Shown here one piece after another: positions 56,418 to 64,000 of a stretch of 64,000 bases of DNA. Numbering within the stretch: the first letter of the stretch is position 1; every line of letters starts with the position of its first letter. The stretch is from positions 192,508 to 256,507 of IMG/VR virus record IMGVR_UViG_3300023202_000383; one strand, written 5' to 3'. Made by a program: the position numbers and the translations under genes. The notes beneath the pieces were generated by a model. The model was not told the DNA's origin. It saw only the letters and a list, made by a program, of their open reading frames with translations, and searched no databases.

Positions 56418-56816
56418 ATGAAGACTCCAGAGAACCATGGGGCCGGATCGGCAATGGTCCGGCCCTGTGTGTTTAACGAAATGACATACTGCAATAGAGA
56501 ATGCTTCCAGTTCCTCATAACCCATCGTGTCTATGAATCGCTTGTATGCAGATATAATTGGTTTATAAAACATTCCACAGTGAATTTTGATGGTGAGAAA
56601 TGTGATAGATTCGATGTTTATATGGGCCTAGATGTCGGTGTAGTCAGAATAACGAGAAATAAAGTATCGATAAATGGCATAACAGACCAATATGATATAA
56701 GCGATCCAAAATTTAACCCAGATAATTTTGCCGCAGCTATCATACATAACGTCGTAGAGCAACGATGCCGCCGGTTGAGACTATCAGATGGCTTGGCACA
56801 CAACCTTTACGCGTGA
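56418..56816 (+). CDS. hypothetical protein, DPxF(D/N)P family
   Basis: YDISDPKFNPDNFAAAI. Confidence 0.6.
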   Translation: MKTPENHGAGSAMVRPCVFNEMTYCNRECFQFLITHRVYESLVCRYNWFIKHSTVNFDGEKCDRFDVYMGLDVGVVRITRNKVSINGITDQYDISDPKFNPDNFAAAIIHNVVEQRCRRLRLSDGLAHNLYA

Positions 56817-57070
56817 TTAATAGGCTCCGCGATTGGGAATTGTTGTCGAATTTCAATAGAACCATAGTTATAAATTATGTGATTGATAATGATGAACTAA
56901 TGGATTTGGATGATATGTCCAGATATATGAAAGTGTCAAAGAGAACAATTCACAAATGGATAAAATCTGGTATAATTCCTAACCCAGACATGTCAGTGAG
57001 CAGGACCAAGCGTTGGTTCAAATCAACCATCATAAAAATGATGAAAGGTAACAAATGCAAAGCACAGTAA
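56765..57070 (+). CDS. excisionase/AlpA-like HTH protein
   Basis: LMDLDDMSRYMKVSKRTIHKWIKSGIIP...RWFKS; true start probably near 56879-56900. Confidence 0.7.
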   Translation: MPPVETIRWLGTQPLRVINRLRDWELLSNFNRTIVINYVIDNDELMDLDDMSRYMKVSKRTIHKWIKSGIIPNPDMSVSRTKRWFKSTIIKMMKGNKCKAQ

Positions 57071-58719
57071 ATCCTACCGTACAAAAGTTGGGCATCAAAT
57101 CACCATATCGTTTACTCGAAAAGATGTATGAGGATTGTGCGCAAAATCAATTTATACGTGAATTTACAGAAAATGCAATAGAAGCGATCGATGGCATGCA
57201 AAGCGAAATATATTGGGGCTATATTAAAATCGGCAGTGTGAATAAGTTATTTGTGGCAGATAACGGGCCAGGTATGACTGGAGATGAGCTATTTCAATAT
57301 ATTGGTAATCTGGCGGCCTCTAAGGTTATTCGATCTCAGCATGGTGTGGGTGCCAAAATATCGGCAATAGTAGAAAATAGACTTGGATTGATATACGTGT
57401 CGTGAAGCAATCCAGAAAACCCATCTGCAATAAAATTTTATGTCAATTCGAGCGGCGAAATACTTACACGTAAAGTAGATGTACCAGATTGGGCGTATGA
57501 CAAGAAGTTCGATTTTATTGAAAGTAGCGGCACGATAGTCGTGTTTCTAGGTAATAGCGGCAATGAGGACACGACCAAGACCAGCAAAAATGGTCAAGAT
57601 TGGATATCAGACTACATCGCTAGTCGGTATTATAAGCTACCGCCAAATGTTTCCGTAAAGCACAAAACATACTCTGCGCGAAAGAAGCGTACTGCATATC
57701 CGCAGTCATACTACCTCAATAAATATCATTCAAGCAAGGGGAAAGTTAAGGTCAGCAATGCTGACGTCCATTGGTGGATACTGAAAAACGTCGACAGAAG
57801 ATCCTATACTAGAGGCCATGCAGGAATTTTGCATGACGATGAATTATACGTGCGGTTTGGTGGGCATGATGGTCATAAAATTCTTAAGGGATTTGGGATA
57901 TTTTATGGCTACAAAAATGTAGTGATATATGTAGAACCACATGACGCGAAGCCGACTATATCACGCGGCGATCTTGGTGTTATCGACACCAATGGTAATC
58001 GAGTGAATGCACAAGAGTTGATGCAGACGTGGCAATCAGAATTTTACCAGAAGATGCCACGCAAGCTGAAGAAATTCGTGAAGTCAAAGTCAAAGTCAAA
58101 GAATACCAAGAAATACAGCAAGTTTGATGATAAGTTCTTTGAATTCACCAAACGATTTACCAAGATGTTCTTGGCAGGCAAATCTCCCACCATCTTTGGC
58201 AACAGGCTGGTCTCAAATAAAACGAAAACGCAGGGTGGTACCGGCGGGGGTGGCGGTGGCGGTGGCGGGGGCGGCAATAACAAAACCAATTCTGCTCATA
58301 CACATGGCAATGGCTCTAGCAGGAGAGGTCTTAAGATTCCTAATATCACTTTTGTCAATGCAGACAATGACCCGGATAATTCTGATTTAAAGGGCAGTTT
58401 GGGCCGATACGTACCATCTGTCGACATGATTTATATAAATATGGATTATGAATGGATCAATCACATCATAGATGATGTGCAGAGGAATTTCGATGACGGC
58501 CCAGAATTTAGAGACAGGGTTGAAGAATTCACTATGGCGGTTCTAAGGGAATATTATACTAGTTATGTATGGTACAATACTCTCCCTGGCCGCGATTCAG
58601 ATTCCAACTGGTTCGAAGACAAAGCATTTACAGATGCATTCGGTGCCGCCATAGTCAATAGTGTTGGTGATATTAAGAACAGAGTGAGCGTCAGTCTCAA
58701 ACACAGGCCAATAATATGA
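57055..58719 (+). pseudogene. GHKL (Hsp90/MORC-like) ATPase split by in-frame TGA at 57403-57405
   Basis: IREFTENAIEA, VADNGPGM, HGVGAK before the stop; the frame stays open after it, contains SGTIVVFLG, and runs into ORF 57541-58719. Confidence 0.7.
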
Positions 58720-59423
58720 CGTCACAGCAAGCGCATGTGGATAAAGCCATAATATATAATTTTCCAGGCAGCAAGAAAAGGCATGTTGTATTTGCTGGGG
58801 ATCGTGTATGCGGCTTTGTCGACCATCTAGATCTTGATAGCAAAGTGGGTAGGCCAAATAGTAAGAAGGCCAAAATAGCTCCAATAGAAATTTCCCATCT
58901 AAAGGTGATATCCGAAGTCAGAGATGACAAAGGAAATAGTTGCTATTCACCTGGAAGGCAAGCAGGATTTGTGCAAGCGATGCTTGGATGCATTGTTTTC
59001 CGGCACTCCAATAAAGAAAGCGGAAGAATGAGCAAGCTCACACCAGGCAATCCAGTAAGCGACCTGCGACGCGTTGGTACTCGCGACGCATTCCATGTTC
59101 CATGCGTGCTTGTGCAATCTAAGGAACCGGTAAAACCCAGGGACAAGGTTAGATTTATCGATGATAAATGCAAGATAGTGAGGGTCTGCGGAAACAGCGA
59201 GCAGCCGCATGGCATAGTTGATCCGTTTATCACAGTCATGCCTAATGACAAAGAAGCATTTTGGATATTTCTTATGCCTGGGATCGTTAAGGGTTTGGTC
59301 CATTCATTCCAAATGGACCTTCCTCCCAGTTCCCTTGAAGCTGAACTTGAGGCACGAAGGCGGGAAGACCCGAATTGTACTGAATGCTATCAAATTGAAA
59401 GAGGCCGAGTAGTCAGGTGGTGA
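58716..59423 (+). CDS. hypothetical phage protein
   Basis: RDAFHVPC...GIVDPFI...FWIFLMPG. Confidence 0.65.
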   Translation: MTSQQAHVDKAIIYNFPGSKKRHVVFAGDRVCGFVDHLDLDSKVGRPNSKKAKIAPIEISHLKVISEVRDDKGNSCYSPGRQAGFVQAMLGCIVFRHSNKESGRMSKLTPGNPVSDLRRVGTRDAFHVPCVLVQSKEPVKPRDKVRFIDDKCKIVRVCGNSEQPHGIVDPFITVMPNDKEAFWIFLMPGIVKGLVHSFQMDLPPSSLEAELEARRREDPNCTECYQIERGRVVRW

Positions 59424-59519
59424 CATCGTGGCTGAATGGTAAAGCAACTGCCTTCTGGGCAGGTAGGGTCTAGCGAAACCTCGTGACCGATAGCTACGGG
59501 TAAGAGGGTTCGATACACT

Positions 59520-59972
59520 ATGAAACAGCTAAAGAAATATCCTCTTGCTGATGCTTATGATCTGTATTTGTTGGCTCTTAAGCTACGTCTAAATGAATTA
59601 AAAATCAAGAATCAATATTATAAAAATCGCCGGACTATCTATATTCAACACAGCAAAAACGTCACTCTAGAAGCGTCTATAAGCGAGAAATGGGCTGATA
59701 CCGGACATATAATTATCATATTGAAAGTTGATTTCAATGAGTTGTTCGATGGATGGTGGAAAATCGTCGACAGTTTTAATGTCCCCATCAAGTTAGTGCA
59801 CGATCCAGGTCTTGATCCTAAGCCAGCTGTAAAAAGAATAGTCAAAATTGTCAACGAAACCAAGCCGCTGGACGAGTTGGTTTGCCAAATTGTTAAAGAT
59901 CACGAGAAATTTGTGAGTGAATCACACGGGAAAATTGAGCAATGGACAAAAAGCAGCCAATTAAAGCTATGA
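59520..59972 (+). CDS. hypothetical protein, weak DPxF(D/N)P family member
   Basis: VHDPGLDPKPAVKRI. Confidence 0.55.
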   Translation: MKQLKKYPLADAYDLYLLALKLRLNELKIKNQYYKNRRTIYIQHSKNVTLEASISEKWADTGHIIIILKVDFNELFDGWWKIVDSFNVPIKLVHDPGLDPKPAVKRIVKIVNETKPLDELVCQIVKDHEKFVSESHGKIEQWTKSSQLKL

Positions 59973-60442
59973 AGAAAGAAATTCATGTTTCAAAGTGGTG
60001 GAATACCAACTGGCATGTACCGTATGTGTCATTTGAAAAGTCAACTAATTACAAAGTGCTAGCTATTGACGATGCAATGGAATTGACTCTCCCTGTTGCT
60101 AGGATTTATAGCCTACAAGATGTTGACTTATCAGACCCCGACATAAAAGTATGTATAGGATTTAGAACTGGCGCGGGATCAACTGACGCTGGTATTATTC
60201 CAAACCGCGATTGCTTTGCAATTGATGGTAAATTTTATTATAGAATCTCGCACTCTGAGCTATTAGCTAGTGCATTGGCACCGGTATCATGCCGGGCCAG
60301 AGTAGCAACAGGATTGAAATCACAAAAGAATGGCAGAATGGTTTTGTTCCTTAGGTCGATGGAAACCACAGAGTATTCTAGAAAATTGCTTAACGAAACT
60401 ATGTCTAGAATTGCTGATGAGGTACATTGGGTAAATGAGTAG
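59942..60442 (+). CDS. hypothetical protein
   Basis: ORF in an overlapping run. Confidence 0.55.
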   Translation: MDKKQPIKAMKKEIHVSKWWNTNWHVPYVSFEKSTNYKVLAIDDAMELTLPVARIYSLQDVDLSDPDIKVCIGFRTGAGSTDAGIIPNRDCFAIDGKFYYRISHSELLASALAPVSCRARVATGLKSQKNGRMVLFLRSMETTEYSRKLLNETMSRIADEVHWVNE

Positions 60443-60887
60443 GTGGTCGCATTATCCCGGCGGTTCTGAGATGAATGTTGAAGCCATATTGGCCAATCCT
60501 GACTTCCATGCAGAGACAGCGATGCGTATTTTGTCTCTGAATGGTAGGACCACAGATATGCTAATATACAAATTAGGAAGCATGATAGATCTTACTGAAA
60601 TAATTAAAGCTGGAGAAATAGAATTCTTCAAGAAATACATTCGCACGGGTTTCATCAAAATTGAAGACTTGAAAGAGCTTCCTCTTGAAATTTGGCAATT
60701 AAACAAGAAAGCATCTCTTAGAGGTCGCCACTTGACACCTGAGATCTGCATTTTTGCTGATGATTATGCATATCATATTATAGACGAAAAAAGAAGCAGC
60801 ATTCGAATTAAGTGGGCAGGTAAGGGAGCAAAAGCTAAAAAGGAGAGGCTTTTGCAAGCTGACTTAGATTGGGAAGTTATAAAATGA
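60435..60887 (+). CDS. hypothetical protein
   Basis: ORF in an overlapping run. Confidence 0.6.
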   Translation: MSRWSHYPGGSEMNVEAILANPDFHAETAMRILSLNGRTTDMLIYKLGSMIDLTEIIKAGEIEFFKKYIRTGFIKIEDLKELPLEIWQLNKKASLRGRHLTPEICIFADDYAYHIIDEKRSSIRIKWAGKGAKAKKERLLQADLDWEVIK

Positions 60888-61117
60888 AAATTGAAGATCT
60901 TACATTCCAGAGAGAATACAGTGGCGTCAAGATTATATCTTCTTTCGATAAAATGAAAGAGGAAGTTGTTATGGAACCTGGTCTTTTAGAGGCCATCGTA
61001 GAATCTCAGAGCTATAGTGCAATAACTTCCCATAATGGTGCATACTGGACTTGGTACCCATCATCTCAAGGCCCAACAGAAGACGAACCGTGGGAGCTTA
61101 ATGGTTTTGGTGACTAG
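60869..61117 (+). CDS. hypothetical protein
   Basis: Probable ATG at 60884 overlapping the upstream stop. Confidence 0.55.
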   Translation: MGSYKMKIEDLTFQREYSGVKIISSFDKMKEEVVMEPGLLEAIVESQSYSAITSHNGAYWTWYPSSQGPTEDEPWELNGFGD

Positions 61118-61181
61118 TTTCTTCTGTTGATTTCGCCCGCAGCAACAAAGCGACACAAGACAGCAGGAAAGGGAGCCGCTT

Positions 61182-62180
61182 ATGGCACGCTTGTGCTACA
61201 TCAACAAGACGTTCTGGACGGTCAAACGCCGACTCATGCAGATCGGTGAAATGACCGAGGCTACAGATAACAGGCGATATAGAGATTATCTCCACGATCT
61301 TGTCGATGGCAATAAATATTTTTTAGATTATTTGGGCAATCGGGGTGAAAACTGTTGGTTATACTTCGAGAAGCAAGTTCCAGTCGCTTTAATCACTTGC
61401 CATTGGCAAAAAAGAGAATGCATTGATCGTAGTGGCCACAATTATGCCAGTGAGAAACTGTTGCGTGTTCTGGAAAGAGCTGTTTCTGACTTTAGCAGTG
61501 CATGCTCTCTCGTTGATGTGATGTTCGATATAGCAGAAAGTTTGGATCTGGAACTTACCGAAATTCCCGAATGCTTGAATGATATCTATGCTGGTAGCAA
61601 TGCATGTGAAAGGTTTGTCAACTATTGTCTCAGAACAAACAAGCCGTCTGAGCATGTAAACGAAATCTTGAGAGATATATTCGAGGACCCTGATAGCCGG
61701 AGTTTGGCAAGGAAGTACATGAAGCACTTCGATATGGACTTGCCTCTGCCGAAACCACACAAGTTTATTGATGTTGCAGATATTGAGTACAAATTCACAG
61801 AAGGCCGATTTAATGATATTTTAGAAATCACCAAGGGCACAAAATTGCTCACAAGTCAAATAGAGTTTCATAGATTCGTCACTCTCAAGCCAAACGGCGA
61901 CATAGTGTTTGATTTGTATGATTCTAATGTCGGCAAACCATATGCTATGATCGACATTGAGATAAGTGGGCACCGAACTATGTACAAAGACATGACCATA
62001 ATTACCGATGGCGAAGAATGGCATGAAATAGCCCAGGAAAATGGCAAAGCCAATATTCGCACTACCGATAACGGCAATGCACTGGACAGGAACGACCAAA
62101 GGATGATCAAACGCATGGTGTCTATCCAGGTCGATTCAATCTCTGAAGGAGGTAGCGATGCCACCGATGAAAATGAATAG
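61182..62180 (+). CDS. hypothetical protein, I(I/V)TDGxxW family
   Basis: C-terminal LKPNGDIVFDL...IITDGEEWH. Confidence 0.7.
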   Translation: MARLCYINKTFWTVKRRLMQIGEMTEATDNRRYRDYLHDLVDGNKYFLDYLGNRGENCWLYFEKQVPVALITCHWQKRECIDRSGHNYASEKLLRVLERAVSDFSSACSLVDVMFDIAESLDLELTEIPECLNDIYAGSNACERFVNYCLRTNKPSEHVNEILRDIFEDPDSRSLARKYMKHFDMDLPLPKPHKFIDVADIEYKFTEGRFNDILEITKGTKLLTSQIEFHRFVTLKPNGDIVFDLYDSNVGKPYAMIDIEISGHRTMYKDMTIITDGEEWHEIAQENGKANIRTTDNGNALDRNDQRMIKRMVSIQVDSISEGGSDATDENE

Positions 62181-62862
62181 AGTCAGAAACCTGATATCAT
62201 CCAGGTTGAGCGACTTAGGAATATCAGATACGTCTTATTCGACGTCATTCAGAATCAGGTCGGATGATGGCAAGAGAGCTAATCTCGTCTTGGAAGCAGC
62301 CACAGCGAGACGATTCAGAGTGATCGATGAGTATGGTCAAGTTGGTCTTGACAAAGATGCCGATCTTAGATTTTCTAGAAATGCTGATGGCGTGGAGGAA
62401 TTCATCAAGTGGCTGTGCGATAAATATAAATTTGTCGACGAGATGGCGAATCCGGAAAAGTATATTCCAACCAATACTCCGTTCACCAGTAAGGGACCAT
62501 TTTATGACAAATACGGTGGTATGAGACTGAGCATATTTAATTCTGCGAAAGTAGTGCAGGTTTGCTCATTCGACAAGGATACCAATCTGATCAGCAAATC
62601 TGACGTAATGGACCCCGGTATGGAGCCGTGGTTCTTGGTGAAGGTTAGTGGTGACGGCGTTGGGTGCAAGATTCTGACTGATGGAGAAGTGTGGTATCCA
62701 ACAAAAGCCAAGGGTGACAGCTACGTGGCAGCCACATTCGGCAACAGCAATGATGTTGAGAACATGCCGGAACTTCCCAACAAGTATGACCAGATTTTGG
62801 TTAGAACCGAAATCAAGCGGTTCGTAGATGCTACCTTGGAAGGAGAGGAAAATGCGTCCTAG
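62158..62862 (+). CDS. hypothetical protein, I(I/V)TDGxxW family
   Basis: SDVMDPGMEPWFLVKV...ILTDGEVWY. Confidence 0.7.
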   Translation: MPPMKMNRVRNLISSRLSDLGISDTSYSTSFRIRSDDGKRANLVLEAATARRFRVIDEYGQVGLDKDADLRFSRNADGVEEFIKWLCDKYKFVDEMANPEKYIPTNTPFTSKGPFYDKYGGMRLSIFNSAKVVQVCSFDKDTNLISKSDVMDPGMEPWFLVKVSGDGVGCKILTDGEVWYPTKAKGDSYVAATFGNSNDVENMPELPNKYDQILVRTEIKRFVDATLEGEENAS

Positions 62863-63304
62863 ACCATTCAACTTCAATGGGTCGAGCGACTACAAGATTG
62901 GTAACGTGAGAAGTTGCACTCTTGTTGGTCTGAAACCCGATGACAATATTATAACATCTGATATCGAAAACCCAAATATCGAACTGTGGTTTGTGTTTGA
63001 AGTGCGATTCGTCCCATACTTGGCAAAGATGTCCAATAAATATGCACGGGATGGATGTATTGTTACTAACGGAGACGAATGGTATTATTTTAAATTAGCC
63101 GATATTCATACGACCGCTGTAACAACTACGGCTTCTTTTCTTGGTAAATATAAATTCGAGCTTGTTGGTCCAGATGAATTAGATGAAATATTTATGGGCG
63201 ACAATCTTCCTAGGCCGCACCCCATCAACTTGCCTACAATCAAATCTATGATTGACGATTATATGGCTAGAAATAAAGTCAAATTCGCATTCGATACAAA
63301 ATGA
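62828..63304 (+). CDS. hypothetical protein, I(I/V)TDGxxW family
   Basis: SDIENPNIELWFVFEV...IVTNGDEWY. Confidence 0.7.
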   Translation: MLPWKERKMRPRPFNFNGSSDYKIGNVRSCTLVGLKPDDNIITSDIENPNIELWFVFEVRFVPYLAKMSNKYARDGCIVTNGDEWYYFKLADIHTTAVTTTASFLGKYKFELVGPDELDEIFMGDNLPRPHPINLPTIKSMIDDYMARNKVKFAFDTK

Positions 63305-63483
63305 ATTGCACGACACTATCAATTATATATTATATGATCAATGTAGTTTTCTTCCTGTCCTTATTGTCGATGTCTGACAGTTCTAAGGATGGATTTACTC
63401 CAAAGCAAATCATAGCAGCCTTCCTATGGCCTATAGTTTGGGTCATAGGTTTGTACTACCTTTTATTTGGAAAGCAACGTTGA
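63301..63483 (+). CDS. small two-helix membrane protein
   Basis: Two hydrophobic segments, AAFLWPIVW. Confidence 0.55.
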   Translation: MNCTTLSIIYYMINVVFFLSLLSMSDSSKDGFTPKQIIAAFLWPIVWVIGLYYLLFGKQR

Positions 63484-63745
63484 TATGAAACGAAATCTAC
63501 CCAAGCGATGCGCTGCCTGTGGAAGCAGTAATCTGGATTGGGTTTCCAAGCCCTATCAGACATCATTCAAGTATGAAGGGAAGAGCCATGATCTATCGCT
63601 TCCTGGCTTGACCCTTGCGCAATGCCAGAAGTGCGGCGAGAGGTTTTTTGACGAACAAGCAGAGCATGAGATTGATCTTGCCATGCGCTGTGCTTTGGGC
63701 GTATTGCCTGCTAATCATAAGGGCGATGACGCCCAAGAGAATTAA
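63467..63745 (+). CDS. YgiT/MqsA-type zinc-finger protein (no HTH)
   Basis: CAACGS...FKYEGKS..LPGL..AQCQKCGERFFD. Confidence 0.7.
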   Translation: MESNVDMKRNLPKRCAACGSSNLDWVSKPYQTSFKYEGKSHDLSLPGLTLAQCQKCGERFFDEQAEHEIDLAMRCALGVLPANHKGDDAQEN

Positions 63746-63760
63746 AATTAGGAGTATATT

Positions 63761-64000
63761 GTGAACAGTAAACGCAAAAATGAACCCCAAGAACCAGTAA
63801 AGTACAGATTATTCCTCGATGGATACGATGAAATCGAGATGGAATCCAAAATGGATATTAAGGGCAAATGGTGGGAAGCAATGAAATGCCATTATAGGAC
63901 ATTTGAAGTGTGCGATATTTTGGGCAGTTCATACGCCATTGCCACTAATAGAGTAATTATGGTCGAAGTGCCCGAAGATATTAACTTGGGCAATAAATAG
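63761..64000 (+). CDS. hypothetical protein
   Basis: GTG start after AGGAG; ends in TAG at the window edge. Confidence 0.55.
   Translation: MNSKRKNEPQEPVKYRLFLDGYDEIEMESKMDIKGKWWEAMKCHYRTFEVCDILGSSYAIATNRVIMVEVPEDINLGNK

Noticed and set aside
1-64000. Genome-wide stop-codon reassignment (code 15 or 4)
   Set aside because: Long genes are intact in code 11, and TAG, TGA and TAA all end genes at tight gene overlaps. Only three isolated in-frame stops were found.
1-64000. CRISPR array or rRNA
   Set aside because: No regularly spaced direct repeats and no extended rRNA-like sequence seen

Overview
This 64 kb window looks like part of a large (jumbo-type) tailed bacteriophage genome. It is densely coding in standard code 11. 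The background is AT-rich, with a minority of GC-rich genes that suggest a GC-rich host. No CRISPR array or rRNA was seen. 0.4-15.3 kb: a dispersed minus-strand tRNA cluster (Tyr, Asp, Ile, Ala x2, Asn with a group I intron, Glu, Phe), plus two long-variable-arm tRNAs with Trp and Gln anticodons and a CAU tRNA-like mimic. These are interleaved with DHFR, a QueC-like enzyme, an HNH endonuclease and many glycan-modifying genes. 16.4-25.9 kb: a 1437-aa baseplate/tail protein with a Ser-rich tail, a tail-fibre-like protein, two glycosyltransferases and gmd. 26-64 kb: mostly small hypothetical genes, many in two paralogous families. This part also has an intein-split SF2 helicase, a WGR protein, dCMP deaminase, a minimal ligase, and a MoxR-like AAA ATPase with a distant VWA partner. 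Three endonuclease-GNAT (Mom/Hef-like) fusion genes lie here too, two of them inverted around the VWA gene. Three genes are split by single in-frame stops (TAG, TAA, TGA) and two by frameshifts. Family assignments are from motif recognition by eye; no database search was run.
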